A stretch of DNA of 51,044 nucleotides, counting the filler, from Olpidium bornovanus S191 (lineage: Eukaryota > Fungi > Olpidiomycota): the NCBI GenBank assembly GCA_017911155.1. It is 22 parts of 22 records of this genome, joined end to end, with 100 filler letters (N's around TTAATTAATTAA, not from the genome) between each part and the next. Parts side by side here need not be neighbours in the genome. Positions count along the whole stretch, not along the records: positions 1 to 2,942 come from JAEFCI010007856.1; positions 3,043 to 4,191 come from JAEFCI010002459.1; positions 4,292 to 7,066 come from JAEFCI010003536.1; positions 7,167 to 9,003 come from JAEFCI010007448.1; positions 9,104 to 10,204 come from JAEFCI010005310.1; 17 more parts are not named here. One strand, written 5' to 3'. Made by a program: the position numbers and the translations under genes. Under the pieces are notes generated by a model that did no database searches, was not told the DNA's origin, and was given only the letters and a program-made list of their open reading frames with translations. Within the stretch, counting starts at the first letter, position 1; each line of letters begins with the position of its first letter. Shown piece after piece: positions 1 through 9,815 of this stretch.

Positions 1-347
1 GGGTTTCCCAAAAAAAAAAAAAAAAAAAACCCCCGGGGGCCCCCCCCCCCCCCCCCCCCCCCCTTTTTCCAGGACAAACGACCCACAAGACGGCGGATAG
101 CCGCCTAAAAAAGAAGGGGGAAACAAGTGTGGGGAAGGGGGTGTGGAGAGGGGGAAGTGGGAAAGAGAACAAGGGGGGAAAAAGGATGTCAAAAAGTAAA
201 CTCACAGGTTCACAAGCCGCGCCTTCCTAAGAACGCGGCAGTGCGAAAACAAACAGGGGAGAAGAGACGGCGTTTCGCCGTCAGAAGGCCCGTTTCTCGC
301 ATCACGCAGCCGGGCATCCGCCGCCGTCTCCAAAAGCCGCTCCTCAC

Positions 348-682
348 CTGACCGTGGTCGCCACGAACTTGCAACCGAGCTGGATGGAAGTCAACAGGAG
401 CGTCAGGTCGCCGGTGGCGCCCGGGGCCAGAAGCTGCTTGGCGAACACGTGGCGCGTGAGGGTGACGATGTCGGTCCGCCTGTGGTCTGGCGCGGAGGAA
501 GAAGCGAGACCGGCAACAGCCGAGAACAGGAACGCAGGCGTCAGGTTCGCCGAAGGTGATGCTCGCGCGCCCTACTCGCGGGGACAGGCGGCCGCCGCTC
601 GCGTGACGCGTCGCGCCAGGCCACGGGACGGCGACGGGGAGGGAGAGAGGGGGGGGGAAGGGCCAGACGGCTTACCAGACAT
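348..682 (-). CDS. FBP1: Fructose-1,6-bisphosphatase, N-terminal part (3' truncated at contig edge)
   Basis: Manual splice: exon 1 682-676 (ATGTCTG|GTAAG), intron 675-487 (ends CCAG), exon 2 486-348 (ends AG|GTGAG). Product MSDHRRTDIVTLTRHVFAKQLLAPGATGDLTLLLTSIQLGCKFVATTVR matches the FBPase N-terminus (TD..TLTR...ATGDLT.LL..IQ..CK). Not in the supplied ORF track. Confidence 0.9.
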
Positions 683-2706
683 GACTGGCGTTGAGAAAAG
701 GGGAGGGCGGCAGTGGCAGAAGTACGCGGCGGAATTAGCCTCCGGTGGGAAGAGGGGAGGGAGGGAGAAGATGGAGAGGCAGAAGGGAGTTTTGAGAGGA
801 CGGAAGCGGTCGCTTTCCCTCCTTTCCTTCAGGTGACGTGCGGGTGTGGCGGTGTGTGCGTGGGGGGTTTTCTTTTTCTTTTTTTTCCCCCTCTCAAAAC
901 CCCGCGCGGAAACTCGCGGAGAGGGGGGACGCGAGCGCGGCTGGACGAGCGCCCGCCCAGCGGCCCGCCCAGGGTGCGCACGGGCGGCGGCGCCCTGCCC
1001 GGCCCGTTGCCCAACTGGACCCCATCCAGTAGGTCGTGAAGCCCGCGTCGGAGATGGACATAATTGAATCGATGACGAAACCACATATGTTCCCAAGAAC
1101 TCCGCAACATCTTCGGCGTACAGCGTCCAAATCGCTGATACCAATTCTCTTGGGGCGCACGGACGCGTTCATTTTTTTTCTTTTTTTTTTGCAGCCAAAG
1201 ACGTGCGATAGGATGACCAGGCGGCGACTCTCAAAAAAAAAACAAATGCTCAGAAGGTGCACTCGTTGCCGGAGTTGCAAGACATAAACACACACACAAA
1301 TTATTGAATGATTTTCTACACAGCAGGTAATCTAATTGCATTTCAAACTTTTAAATAGCGTGCGCCTACACCCCGTCAACGCACTCCTGGACGGGGACCG
1401 CGCGGAGGAGAAGGACGGAGACGGCGAGAAACAGCGACCATGGACGGCGCCGGCGTGGAGACCCGCGCGGACGTCCGCAAGGCCCAGCGCGGCGCAGCGC
1501 GGCGCGCTGCGCGCGTCGTTCGCATAAATAGCGACCCTTTTTCCCTCTCTCCGTTGTACCTTACTCACTCGCGTACCTTACACGCTCAGACGCTAGCCCG
1601 CCCGCTAGACTTTGACCGTGAATACAAACGCTTTACCCCGCGACCTCCTTCCACAAAGGACCTGACCGCGGCGTACAGAGCATAGCCCGTTGTCCACAGT
1701 ACAAGCTGGGTCCAAAAGACTGCAACGCCTTTGGCCAGTCGGTCCTTTACTAGAGCGGGAAGTGCAAGCCGGCCGAGACACACTACGGCACCCTCAAGCA
1801 TAAACTCCTTGCGCTTCTCGAATTCCTTAGGACCAACCACCCATACGTCAAAAATGGCCATTCACTGCCAAAGCCGACCACCAAACTCTGAAATAACTCC
1901 AGACTCAGCCCCTCCCCTCCAAGCGTTTTCAACGAACGCATCCAGAGCTTCGGCATGACCATCGAGTACCTCGCGAGAAAATTCAATCGCTTCGCCGACA
2001 TCATCTCCCGTCGGCGGTTATCTCCGCGGGAATGGTCGCCCGCGGATAGCGCAAGTGATACATCTTCGTCGCTGTCACCATGAAGGGCAAAAAACAATGT
2101 AACCCCAAGGCATCACCATCTCGGGCGGTGCTCTCCTCGTCGCGGTCGCGGTGGCTGGGCGGCACTCTCCGCGCCGTGGTCGCGGTGTGCGTCGTGGCCG
2201 CCATGGCAGCGCTGCCTTGGGCGGTCCTACTGTGCTCCTCGCGGCGGCGGTCGTGGTGCAGCGCGGCCGCTATGCAGCCGCGGTTGCCCATGGCAGCGGC
2301 GCTTTGGGCGGCGCTCCGGTCTTCCTTGCGGTCGTCGTTGGCGCCGCCGCGGACGACGCTTCTGTCCCACCATGGGCGGCGCGGCCGCCACGGCAACACC
2401 GCGATTGCCGCGGTCGCCGCGGGCGTTCCCGGGAAGGGGATTGCGTGCCGTCGGGGCTCATACCCTCTTTGTTTTCAGGCTTTCGGGCGTCGGTGCTTTT
2501 TTCTTTTGGGTGGCGTTCTCGCTCCACTTTAAACCAGGAGGGCTACGGGACCCGCGACGACACGCGGCAGGGCAAACAAGAACCGCGCGGAAAGCCGTTT
2601 GCGACGGCGCGCGGCAAGTACGGCAAAAACGTTCCAGTGCGCGACGTTGCCAAGCGAGCGGCAGTGCACCCATGTCTCGGCGTCATTCCGGGGGGTTTTT
2701 TCTTCT

Positions 2707-2744
<38 letters not shown>

Positions 2745-2942
2745 CTTTTTTGGGTTTTTTGTGCGGCGGTTTTGACCCGCGAAAAACCGCCCCCTGCCCG
2801 CAACTAGCTGCGTAACGAAACCATGTATGACGTCGATGCCCTTAAGATCAATACCCTCATCCGGTGGGCACTGTTTGACCGGTGGCTTCGATGGGAATTT
2901 TGACTTGCGAAATGCGCGTTTTTGTCAAGTATTTTGAAACTA

Positions 2943-3042
2943 NNNNNNNNNNNNNNNNNNNNNNNNNNNNNNNNNNNNNNNNNNNNTTAATTAATTAANN
3001 NNNNNNNNNNNNNNNNNNNNNNNNNNNNNNNNNNNNNNNNNN
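2943..3042. other. Artificial contig-joining linker (44 N + TTAATTAATTAA + 44 N); first of 21 copies
   Basis: The same 100-bp spacer with stops in all six frames occupies 2943-3042, 4192-4291, 7067-7166, 9004-9103, 10205-10304, 11511-11610, 14054-14153, 15792-15891, 17849-17948, 19991-20090, 22059-22158, 24375-24474, 26545-26644, 30620-30719, 32322-32421, 37752-37851, 38916-39015, 40576-40675, 41870-41969, 43280-43379 and 48055-48154. Confidence 0.99.
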
Positions 3043-3138
3043 GGAAGTACCGCGGAAGCTAATAGCAAAAGCCACTCGGAAGCTAATGAGCGCCCCACTT
3101 CTATTATTGGCCCAGCGGCGGCGGCCGCTGGGAGCCAC

Positions 3139-4161
3139 TTGGGTCTACCATCGGCCGCCGATATTTCTGAGGATGAGATGCATACGGCACCGACGTCGCC
3201 GTTTACACCAACGAAACAGCTTCGAAATATCCCCCATGCATCCGAGGTCAAAACCAAGCCGAGATTCACGACAGCAGTGAATGATGTACCAACAGATGCC
3301 GTTGGTGAAGACCTATTCGGCCAGAACCAACGGAAGTCGAAGCCGCTGTCCTACGGGGAAGCAGAGGATTCGGGTAACCTACGGAGAAAGTTCCTGGAAT
3401 GCGAGCTGTCGCCAACGGGAGAAAAGCAAGGACCTTGGTTGGGGGAAGCTTACAACATTGACGCCGTCGCGTTGAGTCGGGACTGGAAGGGAGGGGTGCA
3501 AGATGAGTCGCCGCTAATTGACAACCAAGAAAAACACGAAAACCGAGACATCTGCAAGACTTCGCCGGGCGTTACGCCAATAGGCCTCGACCCGCTCCGC
3601 CGCGAAGTCCCGTGCCTTTTAGCCGCAGGGGACGAGACCACCCAGCACAAGGTTCTGGAGTGGCATTCCTTCATTCGTAGGCTGGAATCCTCCGTCTCCA
3701 GCCCCGTCGCGGTCAAACCAGGGCCCACCCGGGAAATTCCCGCCCCAACAACCGGCGCCTCTTCTCCTTGTTCACGCGATGCACCTGACCGGGAGGAGTT
3801 TGCGAAGATGGTGGAGGAGGCGGTGGAGCCCATCAGGTCTGAGAACGAGGCCCTCCGGCAACGGCTCGAACGGCAGCTCCGTGTTCTTGAAAAAATAGAG
3901 AAAAACCACGAGGTTCGGGCTCCATACTGCACTTTCAGCACCCTACTTTTCCCTCGCCAGGGAATGACTTATTGTGCTGAACTTCCCCGCCAGTTGTCAC
4001 GTCAGCGTTTCAATCGGCTGTCACTCGCCTGCTACCGCAAGCTGAAAGAGATGGTCACTGAAAAGCAATTGCTTGAAGAAGAGGTGCAGCAGCTGCGGGC
4101 GCGCTTGCACGCCCTCGGGTCCGCCGCCACTGTACCCCAGGCGCCTTCCACGGTCATCTGA
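3139..4161 (+). CDS. Hypothetical protein with low-complexity N-terminal part and C-terminal coiled coil (probably 5' partial)
   Basis: 340-aa ORF with heptad-like segments (IRSENEALRQRLERQLRVLEKIEK; YRKLKEMVTEKQLLEEEVQQLRARL). Likely 93-nt in-frame intron at 3913-4005 (GAG|GTTCGG...GTCAG|CGT). Confidence 0.6.
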   Translation: MGLPSAADISEDEMHTAPTSPFTPTKQLRNIPHASEVKTKPRFTTAVNDVPTDAVGEDLFGQNQRKSKPLSYGEAEDSGNLRRKFLECELSPTGEKQGPWLGEAYNIDAVALSRDWKGGVQDESPLIDNQEKHENRDICKTSPGVTPIGLDPLRREVPCLLAAGDETTQHKVLEWHSFIRRLESSVSSPVAVKPGPTREIPAPTTGASSPCSRDAPDREEFAKMVEEAVEPIRSENEALRQRLERQLRVLEKIEKNHEVRAPYCTFSTLLFPRQGMTYCAELPRQLSRQRFNRLSLACYRKLKEMVTEKQLLEEEVQQLRARLHALGSAATVPQAPSTVI

Positions 4162-4291
4162 CGCACGGTCGCGACGCCTGCTCCGCCATGANNNNNNNNN
4201 NNNNNNNNNNNNNNNNNNNNNNNNNNNNNNNNNNNTTAATTAATTAANNNNNNNNNNNNNNNNNNNNNNNNNNNNNNNNNNNNNNNNNNNN

Positions 4292-4798
4292 ACAAGAGTC
4301 ATCCTGCGCGCGAAACACTTCCCGGAGCACCTCCTTGGCTTCCGGCCAAGTGCACAAGGCCGTGGCCTCGGCTACACGGTCATGACAGTCCTCGTGGACG
4401 GAGAGCCGGAAGTACCTTACTAACTCGGAGTCTGTCAATTCTCACTGACGGACAGCCGCCTCAAAACGCCGCAGGTACTCTGAAATATTTTTTTCCTTGA
4501 ACAGTGCGCCCTCCCGACTAAACTGCACGACGGCAGCCCTTACTTCGGCGGACCGCATCTGCTCCGCTAATACCCGCACGTCCTCCATCTTCTCCTGTGC
4601 GCGCGCGTTCACACCTACCTTGCCCCCTCGACTCCTGCCCGGGAGCGCCAGTTGTCGAGAGTACAAGCCCCTCTCGGTAGGGATGGCAGGGGAGTCGGGA
4701 TGGCGGAGGCCCTTGCTGCGCGGTGGTGCTCTCGCGGCGGGGCGGTTCTTCCCCGAGGGAATAAGAGGAGGTACACGACACTGGACGCGGGACCGCAC
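4292..4798 (-). pseudogene. Ty3/Gypsy gag-like capsid fragment with an in-frame stop (continues off the contig edge)
   Basis: ORFs 4798-4442 and 4438-4292 are in one frame separated by TGA-GAA: ...LFKEKNISEYLRRFEAAVRQ*ELTDSELVRYFRLSVHEDCHDRVAEATALCTWPEAKEVLREVF. This fits the fungal Gypsy gag pattern F.G.N(I/V)S.(F/Y)L.R(F/Y)E...L.D.E....F...V...W...K..L...F. Confidence 0.65.
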
Positions 4799-5119
4799 TT
4801 GCCTTTGACGTCTTCTTCGAACATTCCGTCGATGCGCACCGAACTGACCTCAAAAAGCTGAGCACCGTCGTTTCGTCCCGGTCCAAGGAGCGCGCCGACA
4901 GTCCGTCGTGGCCTGCCGCGGTCGCAAGGCGTCCGGGAAAAAAAAACCAAGGACCGATCTTCTCTCCTTGTTTATTATTATGTTCGTCGGTGCGTAAATC
5001 GCTATACTACATGCGATCAACGGTATTTTCGATGCGTAACACGCGCACGTGACAACAACAAAAAAAAAGGGGGCACCGGTATTTCTCCGACACCGACATC
5101 GCGCGTCGCTGTCTCTGCC

Positions 5120-6727
5120 TTGAAGGTACGTTCGAAGGAAGGGCCGAAGGAGCCACCGGAGGAGCAGGAGGACACCCCCTTTTGCGCCGAAGAGTACGAG
5201 GGTGTCATGAGGGAGATCGGGGAACACCTGGCTACCCGCGGCGCTAGCGGGACGCGACGAGCGCGCCGGGGCGCCATCGATTACTTTCTGCGTGATGGCC
5301 TTCTCTGGCGCAAACCTAAAGGTCCAGGAATTCACGAGCCACGGCGTGTGGTCCGGGGGCGAGACAGAAGGACTGTGTTGGCCAGCGTGCACGACCACAT
5401 GACGGGGGGTCACTTCGGCGTGAAGCACACATACCTCAAGCTTTGGAAACGATACTACTGGCCTGGAATGCGACGGGATACTGAACGGTACGTGAAAAGT
5501 TGCGTCATTTGCCAGGAATATGCCAAAACGCGCTATCACGAGGAGTTGCACCCGTCTTTTCCGCCCGTTCTCCACCAAGATTGGCACATGGATCTGGTGG
5601 AGATGCCAAAGAGCCGTGGATATCGGTACGCCGTCCTCGCGCGGGAGGGGCTTTCGAACTACGTCGAGGGGCAACCGCTGCGCACGAAGCACACGGCGGG
5701 TGTGGCCAGGTTCTTGTTGGAAAACGTGGTTTGCCGGTACGGACCGTGTGTGCGCATACGTGCGGATCGGGGGGAGCTGCCCCCGGCAGCTGTGAAGGAT
5801 TACTTTGTGTCCTTCGGTGTCGACATTTGCCTCCCAGTTGCATACAGTCCCGAGGCGAATAGAAAAGTCGAAAGGGGGCACCAAACGTTGTTGGCCGCAC
5901 TGGTCAAGGCTACAAATTTCCACGCATCGCGGTGGCCGGAGTTGTTTCCGTTCGCGCTCTGGGCGGATCGGACTACTGTACACCGGACGACTGGCTACGC
6001 GCCCGTGGAGTTGATGACTGGGCTCCAACCGCGGTTGCCTGTCGAGGCGAAAGTACAGACATGGGCTGAGATCCCTTGGCAAGATGGAATCTTGAGGGAA
6101 GAGCTGCTGGCCTTTAGGTTGCGCCACCTCGAGCACCACCAAGAGGATGTCAAGCGGGCGCTGGGGAGGCTCCGGAAGGAGCGGGAAAAGGAAAAGGCGC
6201 GCGTGGATCGGGTCCGCCGGTGCCACCCACACCCCTTGCAAGTGGGCGATTGGGTCCTCAATGGAAACGAGCATGTTGAGACAGAGCTAGGGACCCATCG
6301 GAAGTTCGCAAAGTGGTGGTTTGGCCCCTACGTGATCGATGAAGCCTTTAAAGGAACAGGTACGTATATCTTGCGGGAATTGGATGGGACGCGGTTGGCA
6401 GGACGAACGGCCGGAAAAGGGTTGAAGCTTTTCCGATTGAGAGGGGCGACGACACCCGGACCCATGATGGAGGATGGCGGGGAGCCCCCGTGTTCTCGGA
6501 GCGGGACCGAGGCCCCTGGCACGGAGAACGAAGCAGAGGAAGTCCGGCAAACGTCGCGTATGCGAATGGCACCGGCCGGCAAACGTCGTCACGCGATGAC
6601 GAATGGCACCGATACGTCCGCGTCAGAAGCGGAAGAAGTCCGGCAAACGTCGCGCATGCGAATGGCACCGGCCGGCAAGTGTCGCCAAACCATGGCGAAT
6701 GGCACCGTTGAGAGGCAGTCGGCGTAA
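5120..6727 (+). mobile_element. Ty3/Gypsy retrotransposon integrase (HHCC zinc finger + rve DDE core + GPY/F motif), no chromodomain
   Basis: HDHMTGGHFG...YYWPGMRRDTERYVKSCVICQ (HHCC); WHMDLVEM, IRADRGE and YSPEANRKVERGHQTL (D-D-E core); KWWFGPYVI...GTYILRELDG (GPY/F). The ORF opens at a TTG and no RT/RNaseH is recognisable upstream. Confidence 0.93.
6530..6706 (+). repeat. Two 81-nt direct repeats (96-nt period) in the integrase 3' tail, each containing two CCGGCAA...GAATGGCACC sub-units
   Basis: GAAGC(A/G)GA(G/A)GAAGTCCGGCAAACGTCGCG(T/C)ATGCGAATGGCACCGGCCGGCAA starts at 6530 and 6626; both encode EAEEVRQTSRMRMAPAGK.R..M.NGT. Confidence 0.92.
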
Positions 6728-6855
6728 GCCATCTGCGCCGCCTGGAACTACAAGCCCCCTGATCCTCTTCGCGGAGGTACGTAGGAAGCCTGTGAGCCTT
6801 GGTCGTCAGGGGGAGGTTCAGGACAAAAAGCGAGGGCCCGGATGACGGGTGACGC

Positions 6856-7066
6856 GAAGGGAGGTTGTTGCGCCACTTTCGAGGAGACCTTCAAAGAGTC
6901 ACAGCCCCCCCACCCCCCGCTTCCGGAGGAGACGAGCAAAAACCCGCAACACGGAACCCTCACGGGGCGAGAAATAAACTTGCGTGAGGAAACCTGCGCC
7001 GCGCCGAGACAGGCTTGACTTCCGCCCAGACGACACCCCCCCCCCCCCCCCCCCTCCACACCCCCC
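6856..7066 (+). mobile_element. Possible polypurine tract and start of a 3' LTR (truncated)
   Basis: GAAGGGAGG (6856-6864) is followed by T-TGTTG (TG at 6866), about 130 nt after the integrase stop. No second LTR is available to confirm. Confidence 0.35.
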
Positions 7067-9689
7067 NNNNNNNNNNNNNNNNNNNNNNNNNNNNNNNNNN
7101 NNNNNNNNNNTTAATTAATTAANNNNNNNNNNNNNNNNNNNNNNNNNNNNNNNNNNNNNNNNNNNNCCATGCCAGGCGAGAGCGTCTTGCGTTAGGGAGG
7201 GTCGACGCTTGGGGCACCGAGTATGCGAAAACGCGAACATCGCGAAGGCGTGTGGATCGGATGCGTTCCCAAGGCTCTCTAGTGACGGCAACGCCGCTTC
7301 ACTCGAAGTTGAGCCGTGGACGTCAAGGTCAACTTTCGCGCCGTCCTGAGTCGCTTTGCTGGCGGAAAAGAGGGCGCGACAAAACTGACAGGCGTAAATT
7401 GCGCCGTTTACTGCCGGCGCTTGTAAACGGTAATGACAGAGGCGCCGTTTGGGAGCCGGTCTCTGCAGATGCAGCGGCCGATGTCGGGGCACTCGAAATC
7501 TTTTGAAACGAAGAAGACGATGCTGCAATCGCAGCAGCATACGTTCATATTGACCGAGATCAGGAAGCCTGGTCGCTGTTCACCCCTTATCATTGCAAAA
7601 TTCATTACATGTGTACTTCTTGCCTTCCACGCGGGGAGGTATTGCATTTGTTTTGTGGCAACCAAATCTGCGACAACCCGTCACATCAACGAGCCGCGTA
7701 TCCAAACATATCCCCCGCGGAATTTCCCATATCAAGCTGGCGTCTATGGCCAAACGTCGATGGACGAGGATGGGCGTTACGTTCCACGGGCGGGTCCGCC
7801 GCCAAACGTTTTGTGGGCACTTTCACGCAAGGATGCTGTTGTGAGCGAACTGGTGGTTCGGGCAAAAGTTGGGGAGTTTCCACGTACTTCGGCTCCACAT
7901 CGATTGGGCGGGAGCGATCGAAAGCGGGGGACGAGCGGTGCATCGATGGATGACGGCACTTCGATGGAGGGCGGTTACCGTTGGAATGAATGGTGGATAA
8001 AAAATCGGTTCATTCGAAGGGAGCACCGAAAGGAAGAACGGACGGCACATCAATGGAATAGGGAGCTTCCACTGCAATGCCGCCCGAGGTTCAAAGTGGG
8101 AAAGCTTTGCTTGTGACATCATGGGGAACAGCGAAGCGCTACGGCTTTACCCCCGACCTTAACTGTGTGCCCGCGCGCGGGCAAGCGCCCGCCGGACCTT
8201 TCACATGTGTGTTCGGCGAGGGGTTTCGTGCCGATACGGTGTGTTCGCGGGGTGCTAATCTGGGTCGATTATGCCGTTTCTTTTTCACTCTGTTCGTGCC
8301 GTCCGAGAGTCGACTGTGCCCCCTCGGCGCGCCGGTTTGGCAAAATTTTCAGCGGTTGCCTAAGTCCCTTATCTCGATACTAGATCGGCTTCGACAACCT
8401 CGCTGCCGTTGCGCGCTCGAACTTCTGAAAGCCCTGTCCGACGACATAGACCCACAGAGCACCCCCCCCCCCCCTTCCCTTCTGGCCCCGCCCCGTACCG
8501 GACCAAATCATCTACGAACATCGCCTGCAGAAAAACGAGCGAATAAACCGCTGTTCCCTCCATCGACTGTTTTGACGAGCCGCCGGAACGTAACGCTCGA
8601 GCACCAAGCCAGTCCCAGCCGCCGACGCCCATTACCACTTAGCGTCCCCTGCGGGCCAGTTCGAAGCCGGCTCAGGCATCCCAATGTGGTTGATAAACCG
8701 TTCCAACACCAGAAGTGCCCGGGAGAATTAGCGCCGCAAAGGCCCGCTTCTCATGATTTGAAACGTATTGATACCCGTGGCACGGCTTGCTGAAGCAAAG
8801 CCAGTGTTGCGTGCGGCATCAAGGTTGCTAGCGTTCAATTTCTCTTGCCCTGACTGTCTTTTGAAAAATATACCACTACAGGCATGTTAATTATCTACTC
8901 TGTGAATTCGCTGCCTCTGGCAGAAACTCACGCTACCCCCAAAGCTTACCTTATGCATTACAGCACTTAGAGACCGACCAGGGAAGCATCGGATTATTTT
9001 AGGNNNNNNNNNNNNNNNNNNNNNNNNNNNNNNNNNNNNNNNNNNNNTTAATTAATTAANNNNNNNNNNNNNNNNNNNNNNNNNNNNNNNNNNNNNNNNN
9101 NNNCATGCTGAAGGACGCAGTTTTTCTGCGTTATATTTTTTTCTGCGTTATATTTATCAAGGGTAGGCAGGTTGTGCGTCCTTTTCTTGACCTTGATGCA
9201 AAATTTAACCCTGACCCACACCAATCCACGTAAACTTACTTTTTCCAGCGCATCCTCAGCCAGGTCTCGCCCTACAAAGCTCGCGCCTCACATTGCTTTC
9301 TATTCCCCCCCCCTCCCGAAAGCGTACGTATTTGCCCAGATTTCTCGATGTCCGCAGGTCTAAATTCGGGATTATAAGAAGAGGCTGGGTGTCTCCACGC
9401 GCATCCCTCCGGAAACAGAAGGGAACGTCGCAGACAATAAAACCGCGCATGCTGCCTTTCATTATACAATTCAAGGGACGTTGCACCCGCCGCCCTCAGA
9501 AAAAAATGGCAACTAAAAGAAAATTGCGCAAGGTTGAAGCGGTGAAAGGAAAAAAAGAAGGGAAATCCGCGCTCGTCGTCCGACATTACTTTGCGGCGTG
9601 GCCGTGGCGACTGCGCGCGCAACAAAGGGCGAAGAGGCCGGAACTCAATAAGAGAAACAGGCGCGGGGTGTGCCCGGTTATTTCATTTA

Positions 9690-9815
9690 CCCTGACAGGC
9701 TGTTGACGGAGTACGCAGCGCTCGCGACGAGCGGCCGCTGCCTCCCCGCGAAGGGCTTCGCAGTCCGAAAGGCGAACACGGTGGCCCAGCTGCGGAAAGT
9801 GGCGGCGGGACGCAT
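9690..9815 (-). CDS. Possible first exon of an unidentified gene with a mitochondrial-presequence-like N-terminus
   Basis: MRPAATFRSWATVFAFRTAKPFAGRQRPLVASAAYSVNSLS is R/A/S-rich with no acidic residues and is followed by a CAG|GTAAAT donor. Downstream exons are unresolved. Confidence 0.25.

Noticed and set aside
5010-5120. Faint resemblance to an RNaseH C-terminus (IFDA*HAHV...KKKGAPVFLR) upstream of the integrase
   Set aside because: It needs a stop and frameshifts and is too short to support; it may be chance.
4850-6274. 474-aa antisense ORF over the integrase as an independent gene
   Set aside because: It has no recognisable domain and is largely the reverse-strand shadow of a GC-rich coding region. 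Noted only as context for the gag/INT finding.
7167-9003. ORFs 7433-8116 and 8077-8793 on contig 4
   Set aside because: No recognisable motifs, no coherent splice path and low-complexity composition.
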